64,000 nt of DNA from an uncultured Candidatus Binatia bacterium (GTDB taxonomy: Bacteria; Desulfobacterota; Binatia; Bin18; CBDCRK01), in the NCBI GenBank assembly GCA_965220955.1, contig CBDCRK010000037.1:58928-122927 (forward strand), given 5' to 3'. The notes beneath the pieces were generated by a model, which had not been told where the DNA came from, made no database searches, and was given only the letters and a program-made list of their open reading frames with translations. Position numbers and translations under genes: made by a program. Of the stretch, positions 40,446 through 50,493 are shown one piece after another (the first letter of the stretch is position 1; each line of letters begins with the position of its first letter).

Positions 40446-40764
40446 AACTTCTCACCTCCTATACGTTTTTTTCACCTCTTGTCACTTTTAAATTAAGCAT
40501 CATCCAAATGCTGTCAAGGGAAATGCGGCCCCATTATTCGTCCCTTTTATGGGGCAGCTAAGGCGAAGGTCTCCCCTGGCTCCTCACTAGACCTCCCTAC
40601 CTTGCTAGCAATAAATAAATAGAGGAAACTAGGGGGCACTTGCTGGAGCTAGCGGAAATTTTTAGTGAAACCACATTCGCAATCCGCTTTATCCAAACAA
40701 TGAAAGAGAACGGCTAGAGGTAGTATTGCTGTAGCTGAAAATGTGACAACCAAAGGGGAATAGT

Positions 40765-41337
40765 ATGAGGTTCCTTCCAACTGACCTTCCAGGTGTTATT
40801 ATTGTTGAGCCAGATGTTCATCAAGACTCACGAGGATTTTTTTTAGAGACTTACCAGGCGCGAAAGTATCAGGAGGGTGGTATTCCTACTGTATTTGTGC
40901 AGGACAACCACTCGCGGTCAGTCCAAGGAACCATCCGGGGACTGCACGCACAGCTGCAGTACCCTCAGGGCAAGCTGGTGCGAGTAATTGAGGGTGAGAT
41001 TTATGATGTGGCGGTAGATCTTCGGCGTGGATCCCCAACCTTTAGTCGCTGGATCGGAGTTGCTTTATCCGCGGAGAACTTTCGACAGTGCTATATTCCT
41101 CCGGGCTTTGCCCACGGCTTCTGCGTCACCAGCGAGTTAGCCCAGATCGAATATAAATGCACGGATTTTTACCATCCCACTAGTGAAATTAGCCTCCGCT
41201 GGGATGACCCTGATTTGGGCATTACTTGGCCGGCGGTGACCCCAACTCTGTCCCCCAAGGACCTTGCAGCCCCATGCCTTCGTGACCTCATGGACAAACT
41301 CCCTGTCTTTCCGGAAGTGACCGGAAAAACCTTTTGA
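40765..41337 (+). CDS. rfbC: dTDP-4-dehydrorhamnose 3,5-epimerase
   Basis: RmlC cupin motifs ([35 protein letters not shown]). Confidence 0.85.
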   Translation: MRFLPTDLPGVIIVEPDVHQDSRGFFLETYQARKYQEGGIPTVFVQDNHSRSVQGTIRGLHAQLQYPQGKLVRVIEGEIYDVAVDLRRGSPTFSRWIGVALSAENFRQCYIPPGFAHGFCVTSELAQIEYKCTDFYHPTSEISLRWDDPDLGITWPAVTPTLSPKDLAAPCLRDLMDKLPVFPEVTGKTF

Positions 41338-41381
41338 CCAGCCTTTGGGGAATGAGACAGGACTTGGAAGAGGGGGACGAA

Positions 41382-41993
41382 CTACTTTTCGGCTTCTGCC
41401 AAAACCGCATCGAATAATTGCCGGTAACGCTCACGCGACAGCGCGCCTTCAACAACACGCCGCTTGCCCACAAACATTGTGGGAATCGCGGTCACCCGGT
41501 CTTGCTCTACCCCCATGCTGAACTCACGCCAGACCAGTTCCTTAAGCTCTGGATCAGTCATCTCTTCGTCAAAGCGTTCGAGGTCCGCGCCAACACTTGT
41601 TGCAATCTGCCGTAGCACCGCCGGATCTTCCAGGTTTTGGCTGAGGCTAAAGAACGCCCGCATGGCTTCTAGGTGGAAGGCGTTGAATAAGGCCGATCCC
41701 TGCCGAGCTATGGCCTTGCCAGCAATATGGGCGGGTAAACTAGTACTGGGGTAAGAAGTGCCCTGCCAGGGAGCAAAGGTTAGAGCAGGCTCAGCTTCCT
41801 GGGCCTTGTGCCAGTGTGCAGCCACATATCCGTTCCAGCCTTTGTGTGCATCCTCACGAAACAGGAGAAAGCTGCGCCACTGGATTGTGAGCCGCTCTTT
41901 ATACTCTTCTTGCAGGCAGTGTAGCCGCACCGCGGCCACATAACACCAGGGTCAAAGGTAATCGGAAAAAACTCGAACTATCACCGGTCGCAT
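41382..41993 (-). CDS. DsbA/FrnE-like thiol:disulfide oxidoreductase, predicted selenoprotein (in-frame TGA = Sec at 41952-41954)
   Basis: The ORF track starts at 41939, but the frame continues upstream through a TGA to an ATG at 41993 with RBS AGGAG 7 nt upstream. The N-terminus MRPVIVRVFSDYL-U-PWCYV reproduces the DsbA/FrnE active site FSDxxCPWCY with TGA in place of the first Cys. A 9-bp stem + GGU loop hairpin starts 11 nt after the TGA (SECIS-like). Confidence 0.6.
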
Positions 41994-42307
41994 ATCCTTA
42001 CTCCTGTATAAGCGCTATCATAGCACAGGTCCTGAGAGGAAAATCTCCCTAACTAAAAGGTTTTCTCCTATGCCCCGAACGACCCTATTCTTGCTGGGGA
42101 TAGGCATCCTGACAATCTCCACTGCTGCGCCGCTTATCAAGCTGGTCCCCCATGTACCTGCCTTGTAAGGTATAGGTACCCTCTTCATCCTGACCGGCAC
42201 TGGTCTCGGCCAAAAACAGAGGGAATAGGGACCATAGTAGGGAGTTGTGAAGTGACTGAACATTGTCTACAGTAGATCCTTAACAGTCAGCTGGAGGCTG
42301 GTTTCCC

Positions 42308-44329
42308 ATGAGCGAGCATCACGAAGCAGAAAGACAAGAAAGTCATCCAGAGTCCGGGCGTACTGAGCCCTATCGCCCTGGACGCCATCGTTACCTCAGG
42401 AAAAAGCCGCTGCAGGAGTCGCTGCAGATCTTCCTAGGGGCTGTGACTATGCCGTCCCGGCGTGCCGAAACCATAGCCGTTGAGGAGGCTCTCCACCGCG
42501 CTATTGCTCAACCCATTTTTGCCAAAATCTCCTCTCCTCATTACCATGGCGCTGCTATGGACGGTATTGCTGTGCGGGCTGAAGACACCTTTGGCGCTAG
42601 TGAAGTTGTTCCCCTTACCTTGAGCCTTAACTCCAAGAAGCCATCAGCCAGAGGGCAGAAGCCAACCGACGGATATCGGCCTTTTCAATACGTAGACACC
42701 GGTAGCCCTCTCCCATCTTGGGCCAACGCGGTGGTGATGATCGAACGGGTATTTAAACACAATGATCACGAGGTCGAGGTCCGCGACGCGGCTGCGCCCT
42801 GGCAGCACGTGCGTCTGGTTGGCGAGGATATTGTAGCCACGGAACCCCTACTCTCCCGCGGACACAAGGTTCGACCCTATGATATGGGAGCCCTTCTCGC
42901 CGCTGGGTATACGCGTATCCCAGTCAAACCCAAGCCCAGTGTAGCCATTATCCCTACAGGCAGCGAGCTCATTGAGCCTGGAGACAAGCCACAGCCCGGT
43001 CGCATCATTGAGTTTAACTCACGGGTGATGGCCGGGTTTATTGAGGAATGGGGAGGTCATCCCCATCGCCTACCACGAGTGAAGGATGATCTTACGGTGG
43101 TAACGGAGACCCTGGCTGCAGCGGTCTCACAGCATGATATTACCACCATCATTGCTGGTTCCTCGGCCGGGGAGCATGACTTCACCGTAAGAGCTATAGG
43201 AAAACTGGGCGAGGTTCTTGTCCATGGTATCGACATTATGCCCGGCAAGCCGGCCATTCTGGCCATCATCCAGGGGAAGCCGGTGGTTGGCATTCCCGGC
43301 TATCCAGTCTCCGCGGTTGTGGTCTGCCAACAGATTTTGCGCCCACTGATTGCCAAATTTCTTGGTTGTCCAGCAGAAGAGCCCCCCAAGGTCAAAGCTA
43401 TGACGGCAAAAAAAATTCCTTCACGGCTGGGCCTGGAAGAGTTTATACGGGTAAGCCTGGGAAAGGTTGGGAACCGGGTCATTATGAACCCCCTGGGACG
43501 CGGGGCCGGCGTTATTACTACCATGGTTAAAGCCGACGGCGTGTTGCGCATTCCTTCTTTAGACGAAGGGATCAATGCCGGACAGGAAATAGAGGTCGAA
43601 CTTTTGCGTCCGAGAGAGGATATTGACAACACCATCCTCTTTACCGGTAGCAATGACCTCACCATTGGCGTGCTGGACGATCAGCTCAAGACCCGTTATG
43701 CAGATCTCAGAATCTCGGCAAGCAATGTGGGTAGTCTTGGCGGGCTGGTATCGCTTAAGCGTGGAGAGGCCCACCTCATTGGTACCCACCTCCTTGATCC
43801 GGCTAGCGGAAAATACAACCTACCTGATATCAAAAAGTATCTCTCGCTCTCCAAGGTCATGGTCATGAACCTTGTCATCCGCGACCAAGGGCTGATTGTG
43901 GCCAAAGGGAATCCCAAGAAGCTCAAAGGCATCAAGGACCTGGTACGCAAAGACGTCACGTTCATGAACCGCCAGCCTGGTGCTGGCACTCGTGTCCTTC
44001 TGGACTACAAACTTAAAAAGTTTAAGATTCCTCCCGAACGGATCCACGGCTATGAAAAAGAAGAGTTCACCCATATGGCAGTAGCCGTGGCTGTGGCTAG
44101 CGGGCTGGTTGATACCGGCCTGGGGATCAAATCGGCAGCCATGGCCCTGGGGCTTGATTTTATCCCCGTTGAGCGGGAGGACTATGATCTGGTTTTTCTC
44201 AAAGAGTTTTTTGAGAACGATAGGGGTCAGAAGCTTGTCGAGGTTATCCGTTCCGATGCCTTTAAGCAGGCAGTAGAAAAACTCGAGGGCTATAACACTA
44301 CCAAGACAGGCACCCTCAAAAAAGCTTAG
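42308..44329 (+). CDS. moeA: MoeA (molybdopterin molybdotransferase) fused to a C-terminal periplasmic-binding-protein-like domain
   Basis: MoeA N-terminal, MoCF_biosynth and C-terminal domains, followed by a ~250-aa PBP-like domain; start may be the internal Met (~42446). Confidence 0.7.
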   Translation: MSEHHEAERQESHPESGRTEPYRPGRHRYLRKKPLQESLQIFLGAVTMPSRRAETIAVEEALHRAIAQPIFAKISSPHYHGAAMDGIAVRAEDTFGASEVVPLTLSLNSKKPSARGQKPTDGYRPFQYVDTGSPLPSWANAVVMIERVFKHNDHEVEVRDAAAPWQHVRLVGEDIVATEPLLSRGHKVRPYDMGALLAAGYTRIPVKPKPSVAIIPTGSELIEPGDKPQPGRIIEFNSRVMAGFIEEWGGHPHRLPRVKDDLTVVTETLAAAVSQHDITTIIAGSSAGEHDFTVRAIGKLGEVLVHGIDIMPGKPAILAIIQGKPVVGIPGYPVSAVVVCQQILRPLIAKFLGCPAEEPPKVKAMTAKKIPSRLGLEEFIRVSLGKVGNRVIMNPLGRGAGVITTMVKADGVLRIPSLDEGINAGQEIEVELLRPREDIDNTILFTGSNDLTIGVLDDQLKTRYADLRISASNVGSLGGLVSLKRGEAHLIGTHLLDPASGKYNLPDIKKYLSLSKVMVMNLVIRDQGLIVAKGNPKKLKGIKDLVRKDVTFMNRQPGAGTRVLLDYKLKKFKIPPERIHGYEKEEFTHMAVAVAVASGLVDTGLGIKSAAMALGLDFIPVEREDYDLVFLKEFFENDRGQKLVEVIRSDAFKQAVEKLEGYNTTKTGTLKKA

Positions 44330-44382
44330 CCAGAAAAAAGATTGGTAGAGGCGTATGGCAATATGCCCCTACTTTATCGCCA

Positions 44383-45498
44383 GTGAAAAATAACATGGGT
44401 ATCTTTGAAAGGATGGCAGCCCATGACCACGAAGAGGTGGTCTTTTTCCGCGACAAGACAACGGGCCTGCGGGTGATTGTTGCTATCCACAGCACGGCGC
44501 TGGGCCCAGCCATGGGCGGCACACGCATGCTCCCCTATGCCTCTGAGGACGAGGCACTTACCGACGTGCTGTTGCTGGCTCGGGCCATGACCTACAAGTC
44601 AGCAGTAGCAGGCTTAGATGTGGGTGGTGGCAAGGCCGTTATTATTGGCGATCCTGCTCAGGACAAATCAGAAGCATTACTGCGAGCCTATGCCCGCTTC
44701 ATTCACTCCTTGGGCGGCCGATACTTTGCCACCACCGATGTAGGCACCAACACTGCCGACATAGACATTCTACGTCGTGAGACGCCCTATATAACCGGCT
44801 GCTCCCCTGCCTTTGGAGGTAGCGGGGATACCTCCATCCTTACTGGGCTCACCGTTTATCTGGGCATGCGAGCGGCCGTTAAAGAGGTGTTGGGTCAAGA
44901 CTCTCTAGCCAACCTGCGCGTGGCAGTGCAGGGTATTGGCAAGGTCGGCTGGCACCTGATGGAGCATCTGGCCAAGGAAGGCTGTCACCTTACCATTACT
45001 GACGTGAACGCCGAGGTGGTGGAGCAAGCTGTTAAGAAGTTTGCGGCCAAAGCCGTGCCACCTGACGCCATCTATGATGTGGAGTGTGATGTTTTTTCTC
45101 CCAACGCCCTAGGTGCTGTCTTGGATGCCATAACGATTCCCCGCCTACGCTGCCGCATCATCTGCGGCGGAGCCAACAATCCCCTGGCCGAGAAACAACA
45201 CGTCGACGAACTCATGAAGCGAGGGATTCTGTTTGCTCCTGACTTTGTGGTCAACAGTGGCGGCATTATTAATGCGGCTGAGGAGCTGTGGGGTTATAAC
45301 GCAGCACGGGCGGAGGCGCGGGCCCGAACCACTTATGAAACAACACTACGGGTATTCGATTTGGCTCGTAAGCTAGGTATCAACCCCTATATGGCAGCCG
45401 AGCAACTAGCCGAAGAGCGCATCCAGAAGGTGAGCGCCATTCGCCATTTCTATTTGCCTTCACTCCCACCTCAGAGCCGACCCCTCGGCCTATCTTAA
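44383..45498 (+). CDS. Glu/Leu/Phe/Val dehydrogenase family (leucine/phenylalanine dehydrogenase-like)
   Basis: GGGK catalytic motif (LDVGGGKAVIIGDP), NAD-binding GIGKVGWHL. Confidence 0.8.
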   Translation: MKNNMGIFERMAAHDHEEVVFFRDKTTGLRVIVAIHSTALGPAMGGTRMLPYASEDEALTDVLLLARAMTYKSAVAGLDVGGGKAVIIGDPAQDKSEALLRAYARFIHSLGGRYFATTDVGTNTADIDILRRETPYITGCSPAFGGSGDTSILTGLTVYLGMRAAVKEVLGQDSLANLRVAVQGIGKVGWHLMEHLAKEGCHLTITDVNAEVVEQAVKKFAAKAVPPDAIYDVECDVFSPNALGAVLDAITIPRLRCRIICGGANNPLAEKQHVDELMKRGILFAPDFVVNSGGIINAAEELWGYNAARAEARARTTYETTLRVFDLARKLGINPYMAAEQLAEERIQKVSAIRHFYLPSLPPQSRPLGLS

Positions 45499-45684
45499 CT
45501 GCCGTAAAGTCCTTTCTAGCTCTCTCCGGTTGATAACCCGCATCACTGTCACCAAGGTCCCATCAAGGCGGTAGAGTACCCGATAGTCACCCGAGCGGAG
45601 GCGATAAATTGGGAAGGAGAAACCTCTAAGCCGTTTGATTTGAGGAGGCCTGCCTGCAGTGCTTCCCCTTCTCCGAACATCTTG
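45490..45684 (-). pseudogene. C-terminal remnant of a RelE/ParE-family toxin gene
   Basis: Minus-strand frame encodes ...FIALRSGDYRVLYRLDGTLVTVMRVINRRELERT*, the conserved C-terminal half of ParE/RelE; the N-terminal ~30 aa and any antitoxin gene are absent. Confidence 0.4.
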
Positions 45685-45714
45685 CTATGGCTCCTTCGCC
45701 TGGATCAACAAAAG

Positions 45715-47250
45715 CTATGTCCCTGATGTCATGCGGTTACGCACCATACGATTAACAGCTTCGGCAGTTTCACTAGCCCTATTTTCAAGCGCAGCAATTT
45801 CTTCCAACCACAGATGCTTTGCCTGGTGATCTTTCACCGCGGCAGCGTTGACACGCACATTGAGGGCGGCAGCCTGGGCGGCAGCCAACGCCAGATTGGC
45901 AGCAGAACCGGCGTCGGAGAGGGCGTTAAGGTTGCTCTTTTCAGCCACAATGACAGCCAGGCCCAACACCTTCGTAGCATCACGTGCGACACACAGCGGC
46001 ACAGCCGCTGCACCGTACAGAGCTCGCTCGATAGCAGTGTCTCGCACTGCCGTTGCAGCACTAGAGTCCTGCGGCAGTTTATAGGCACGCATCATGGCAT
46101 CAAAGGCGGTGATATCAGCGCCTACGCTGCCCGTAAGGTCAGCACGCAGCTTGTTGGCAGCACTACACACTTTCTCCATCTCGGGAGCAACGTCAGCATA
46201 TGGCTTTTTGCCAATGGTAAGATGAGCCACCATGGCCACCAGTGCAGCAGCCATGGCCCCGGTATATGCCGCTGCTGCACCGCCACCCGGTGTTGCCGTT
46301 CCTGCAGCAAGTGAGTCAAGAAAGGCATTGGCGGTCTCCTCTACGCCCTGCGGTTGTTCGGGCATGGACAGTTTGTTTTCAAAAACCTGCTCGTCTTGCA
46401 GTCCATCCAATTGTAAATACCACTGGGCCGCGTCGATAAGGGCAGTATGGGGAATCAGACCAATAAGTTCAGAGCGCAGGATGTTGGTTCCATAGCGTGC
46501 GGCCTCGTGGCGCACCATTTCCACAACCCGGTGCACAGGCGTCTGGCGAAAGTCGGTCAGGTTCATGCTCACCTGGGCCTGCCCGCCAACGAGCAGGCCC
46601 AGGGCTTTGACATATTGCAGACCTCCGGAGGAATGGCGGACGGCGCGAGCAACCTTTTTAGCAATGCCCACGTCAGACGTGTTGAGGTATACATTATAGG
46701 CAATGAGGAACGGGCGCGCACCCATGACAGTGGCACCAGCTTTACCCAGACGCATCGGACCGAAGTCTGGCTTACGGTTAGGATTAGTCCCGATTTCATC
46801 CTTCAATCCCTCGTACTGGCCGCGGCGGATGTTCTCCAAATTCTGCCGATCAGGACGCGTAGCTGCCGCCTCATACAAGTACACTGGGATACCCAGCTCA
46901 CTCCCCACCCGTTCACCCAGCCGGCGAGCCATGGCAACACAATTGTCCATAGTGGCATGGCGGATGGGGACAAAGGGCACAACATCGGTGGCGCCGATAC
47001 GCGGGTGCACGCCCGCGTGTTGATCGAGATCGATTAACTCGGCAGCCTTGACGATCCCAACGAATGCTCCGGCTTCCACAGCAGCTGAGTCGCCCACAAA
47101 AGTGATTACGGTACGGTTATGATCGAGATCGGAGCTGACATTGAGTATCCGCACGCCTGATACCGTCCTAATCGCTTCCACAATGGCCTGTACTACTTCA
47201 GGGCGGCGTGCTTCAGAAAAGTTGGGAATACATTCGACAAGTTCGGACAC
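45715..47250 (-). CDS. Bifunctional glutamate formimidoyltransferase / formimidoyltetrahydrofolate cyclodeaminase (FTCD-like)
   Basis: N-terminal FTCD_N/FTCD domains (MSELVECIPNFSE...) and a C-terminal all-alpha cyclodeaminase domain; GTG start. Confidence 0.8.
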   Translation of the reverse strand: MSELVECIPNFSEARRPEVVQAIVEAIRTVSGVRILNVSSDLDHNRTVITFVGDSAAVEAGAFVGIVKAAELIDLDQHAGVHPRIGATDVVPFVPIRHATMDNCVAMARRLGERVGSELGIPVYLYEAAATRPDRQNLENIRRGQYEGLKDEIGTNPNRKPDFGPMRLGKAGATVMGARPFLIAYNVYLNTSDVGIAKKVARAVRHSSGGLQYVKALGLLVGGQAQVSMNLTDFRQTPVHRVVEMVRHEAARYGTNILRSELIGLIPHTALIDAAQWYLQLDGLQDEQVFENKLSMPEQPQGVEETANAFLDSLAAGTATPGGGAAAAYTGAMAAALVAMVAHLTIGKKPYADVAPEMEKVCSAANKLRADLTGSVGADITAFDAMMRAYKLPQDSSAATAVRDTAIERALYGAAAVPLCVARDATKVLGLAVIVAEKSNLNALSDAGSAANLALAAAQAAALNVRVNAAAVKDHQAKHLWLEEIAALENRASETAEAVNRMVRNRMTSGT

Positions 47251-47472
47251 AATGACTTCTCAGAACAAAGATGCCAGCACTATTTAGCCTATTACTCGCA
47301 CAGAAATATGTTGGTTGTAGGGGCTTAGGAGCAGAGTATATGAAGCGTCAGATTGCTGAGGAGAGCCGGGCCTTTTTTCGCAAAGGACTTTCATGTCGCG
47401 GCAGGGCCCCGGACTCCTATATTGGCTATACGGTCTCGTTAGTCAGGAAGGAAGGCGCATGAGGGTACTGGG

Positions 47473-48192
47473 TTACGCCGCAAAAATTTCCTCGAAGAAC
47501 GACGCCATCGTCTTCCACGAACGCTCGTCCGCGAGCTTGTTGTAAGCAAGCCCTTCCATGCCCACACTGTCGGCTGCCGGATTGGTGAAGCTGTGCACCG
47601 TACCGCCATAACTAATAATCTGCCAGTCCACCCCAGCCTTGCTCATTTCCTCGGCTAAGGCATTGACCTGAGCCAGCGGCACAAACGGGTCGTCGGCCCC
47701 GGTACAAACCAGGACCTTTGCCTTGACCTGACCGACCTCCGCCGGACGTTGCGTCTCCAGACCGCCATGAAAGGATACTATGCCCTTCAGCGCTGCTCCG
47801 TCCCGCGCCAGCTCTAAGGCGAAGGTGCCACCCATGCAATAGCCCATCGCCGCTAACCGGCTCGAATCAACCTGCGGTAGTGAGGCTAGCTTCTCTAGCG
47901 CCACGCGCGCACGTTGGCGGAATTTTATGGGGTCCTCGCGTAGAGGACCGGCATATTTCATTGCCTCTTGAAGATCTTTGGCCTCGATGCCGTTGCCATA
48001 GGGATCACCCGCCAACGCCACGTACCCAAGACCGGCCAGCCGCTCGGCACGTTGCTTGGCATGGATGCCCAGCCCAAAGGCCTCCGGCATTACCAGCACT
48101 CCCGGGCGCTTATGGGATTGCTGGTCGTCCAAAGCAACAAACCCTCTCAGGGTCACGTCGCCGTCCTGGTACTCGATGCTCTCAGTCTTCAT
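47473..48192 (-). CDS. Dienelactone hydrolase family protein
   Basis: DLH fold motifs (GYCMGG nucleophile elbow, SFHGG); start set at the internal ATG (MKTESIEYQ); the ORF call extends to 48288. Confidence 0.7.
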   Translation of the reverse strand: MKTESIEYQDGDVTLRGFVALDDQQSHKRPGVLVMPEAFGLGIHAKQRAERLAGLGYVALAGDPYGNGIEAKDLQEAMKYAGPLREDPIKFRQRARVALEKLASLPQVDSSRLAAMGYCMGGTFALELARDGAALKGIVSFHGGLETQRPAEVGQVKAKVLVCTGADDPFVPLAQVNALAEEMSKAGVDWQIISYGGTVHSFTNPAADSVGMEGLAYNKLADERSWKTMASFFEEIFAA

Positions 48193-48469
48193 GCCATTGC
48201 TCCTATAGTTGCGTCTCAAGCGGATGAGACCTGTCCTTACAATAGTTTCGTCCTCGGCCGCTCGCCCCAAAAGGCCGCACAAGGACACACTTCTTTTGTG
48301 GCATCCCAGACTGCTGAAGTCAAGCGTTCCCTTTCGCCTTGCAACACTGCTGTTCTTGATTTACTTTAGGGTTATTTAGGGAGCGGCTGCAATTCTGGCG
48401 GTCAAGTGTGTGGCTTGCCCCATGCTCTGTACAATCAGCGGTCGCTTGAGCAATAACCAGGAGGCACCT

Positions 48470-49345
48470 ATGTCATATGCTGACTCAGATGGCGTAAAGC
48501 TCTATGTCGAAGAAACAGGGAACGGTTATCCGATTGTATTTGTTCACGAGTTCGCCGCGGACCATCGTGAGTGGGAAACCCAGGTACGCTATTTCTCGCG
48601 CAATTATCGCTGCGTCACCTATGCCGCCCGTGGCTATACGCCCTCGGATGTCCCTGAGGATGAGGCCGCATACAACTACATCCACTTTGCCGATGACATA
48701 GCCGCAGTCATGCGACACGTTGGAGTGCCCAAAGCCCATATCGTAGGGCTTAGTCAGGGGGCGTATGCAACTCTGATGTTTGGGCTCCGGCATCCCCAGT
48801 TGGCAAGTGCGCTTGTCGCCGCGGGCTGTGGAAGCGGCTCGGCCAGGGAGCAGCGAGAGGATTTTTTGAAGCAATGCGAGATCAATGCGCACCGGTTTGT
48901 GCAGGAAGGGGCAACAGCCCTGGCCCAAGAAATGAGCCTCAGCGCCAGCCGGGTGCAGCTGCTGAACAAGGATCCGCGCGGGTGGCAGGAATTCGTTGAC
49001 CACCTGAGCCACCATTCCGCCAGAGGCTCGGCGCTGACGATGAGAAACTACCAAGGCAAGCGGCCGTCTCTGTACGAGTTTGCCGAGCAGTTTTCCGCAC
49101 TGACAATCCCCACCCTGATTATTGTCGGCGATGAGGACGATGCCTGCATTGAGCCCAGCGTCTTCTTGAAACGTACCATTCCGACTGCCGGGTTGTTTGT
49201 ACAGCCACGGACCGGCCATGCCATCAACCTCGAAGATCCGGCCGTATTTAATCGCGAGGTCCAGGAATTTTTTAGTACCGTAGAGCGAGGACGCTGGGGC
49301 AGACGCGATCCGAGGGCCACGGTTAGCGTACAAATCCCGCGCTGA
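48470..49345 (+). CDS. Alpha/beta-fold hydrolase
   Basis: GLSQG nucleophile elbow, HG oxyanion, C-terminal His; RBS AGGAGG before the ATG at 48470. Confidence 0.75.
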   Translation: MSYADSDGVKLYVEETGNGYPIVFVHEFAADHREWETQVRYFSRNYRCVTYAARGYTPSDVPEDEAAYNYIHFADDIAAVMRHVGVPKAHIVGLSQGAYATLMFGLRHPQLASALVAAGCGSGSAREQREDFLKQCEINAHRFVQEGATALAQEMSLSASRVQLLNKDPRGWQEFVDHLSHHSARGSALTMRNYQGKRPSLYEFAEQFSALTIPTLIIVGDEDDACIEPSVFLKRTIPTAGLFVQPRTGHAINLEDPAVFNREVQEFFSTVERGRWGRRDPRATVSVQIPR

Positions 49346-49524
49346 GGCGATGGAAACCCAAAAGCCGCTGGCGCGGAGGTAGCCTGTCCTGAGCTTAGCG
49401 AAGGGTTCAGAGCGAACGCCGAGGAGGAAGTGTTTAGATGTGTCTAGAGGGAAGACAGTAATAAAAAAAGGGAGTTATATACGATTTTACACAAGTCCAC
49501 CCAATTTAGTGAGGCTGAATGCTA

Positions 49525-49592
49525 AACCATGCCCTGCCCTACCTTGCCTTGACAGGCCATGCCTTAACGGGCCAAGCCCTGCCTTGATGAGA
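49525..49592. repeat. Three imperfect direct repeats (~15-17 bp, core gcc(a/c)tgcctt(g/a)a) at the left edge of the AT-rich island
   Basis: ccttgccttgaca / ggccatgccttaacg / ggccaagccctgccttgatg, read directly from the sequence. Confidence 0.4.
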
Positions 49593-49690
49593 GTTGGGCA
49601 AATCTGGGGAGAACCGAGACTCAGCCATGTCCTCCGGAACAAATTGTTTCGGATAATCGCCGAAGCAATTGAAATAGAAAGGAGAAGAGA

Positions 49691-49966
49691 ATGGCGCACA
49701 ATTTCATGTTAGTCTTTAAGGAAAACCCAATATTTAAGGAAGACCCACAACCAACTGAACCTCTTGCCCGCATCGCTCTCAGAAGCTGGACGAAGGACAA
49801 GGATGGATTAATTTTCATCGCTTCCCTTTGTAAGGGAGAATATGAACTTGAGTATGAAGTGAACCAACTCAAGGCAGAACTCGACGAGATACTCCGCCTT
49901 GGGCGTGAGAAATTTAAGAATCACAACGCCAAAAAATCAAAAAGGTCCGGCAAAGCAACCCCGTAG
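49691..49966 (+). CDS. Hypothetical small basic protein (91 aa)
   Basis: Strong RBS GAAAGGAG; low-GC context; no recognised domain. Confidence 0.45.
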   Translation: MAHNFMLVFKENPIFKEDPQPTEPLARIALRSWTKDKDGLIFIASLCKGEYELEYEVNQLKAELDEILRLGREKFKNHNAKKSKRSGKATP

Positions 49967-50019
49967 GAAGTGGAGGTATTTGGAGAAAAAGAAAACGGCT
50001 CTGGGGTTGGGGTACAGAG

Positions 50020-50238
50020 ATGAGCAAGGGGATGAGCAAGGGTAAGTATTGCCCCCTGTGTCAACGGTTCGTCGAGCCTGAAACACGGGGAAATGACAGT
50101 GCCGGCTGCATTCTTTTTTTGCTCTGCTTCTTTCTTGCTATCCCCACTCTCGGATTGAGCCTACTCGGTTTCCTGCTATGGGCGTTGTCTGCTAAAGGAC
50201 GGTGCCCCATATGCCATAACGCTCAGCTAGAAAATTAG
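50020..50238 (+). CDS. Hypothetical small membrane protein with split zinc-ribbon (CPLC...CPIC) flanking a TM helix
   Basis: 72-aa ORF; CxxC ... TM ... CxxC arrangement. Confidence 0.4.
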   Translation: MSKGMSKGKYCPLCQRFVEPETRGNDSAGCILFLLCFFLAIPTLGLSLLGFLLWALSAKGRCPICHNAQLEN

Positions 50239-50269
50239 GAAAACCAGCAACTTCAAAGGAGAAGAGAGC

Positions 50270-50458
50270 ATGAGCTTATCCGAGTGGCTGTCTATCATTG
50301 CTTACTATGCCCAGTTGATGGCTATCTTCTACGGCATCCGTCAGATGGGGAAAGCAAGCATTCAGAGAGATAAGGCTTTGGAGCAACAGGGCAAGGCTTT
50401 GGAAGATATGGGAGCTGGGATACGGGAACTGCTACAGAGAACGCCCAGGGCTGCTTAG
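50270..50458 (+). CDS. Hypothetical small membrane protein (62 aa)
   Basis: RBS AAGGAG; N-terminal TM helix. Confidence 0.4.
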   Translation: MSLSEWLSIIAYYAQLMAIFYGIRQMGKASIQRDKALEQQGKALEDMGAGIRELLQRTPRAA

Positions 50459-50493
50459 GAGAAACGGTGGTCAAGAAGGGAAGGGAAGAGAAT

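Noticed and set aside
40765-41337. Lone rfbC without rfbA/B/D as a possible island
   Set aside because: rmlC-type epimerase genes are frequently found apart from the other rml genes, and the GC content matches the backbone. There is not enough evidence for anything unusual.
45814-47037. Long antisense and alternative-frame ORFs within the formiminotransferase-cyclodeaminase gene (e.g. 45814..46314+, 46447..47037+)
   Set aside because: The minus-strand 511-aa frame has clear FTCD homology over its full length. The others are shadow ORFs.
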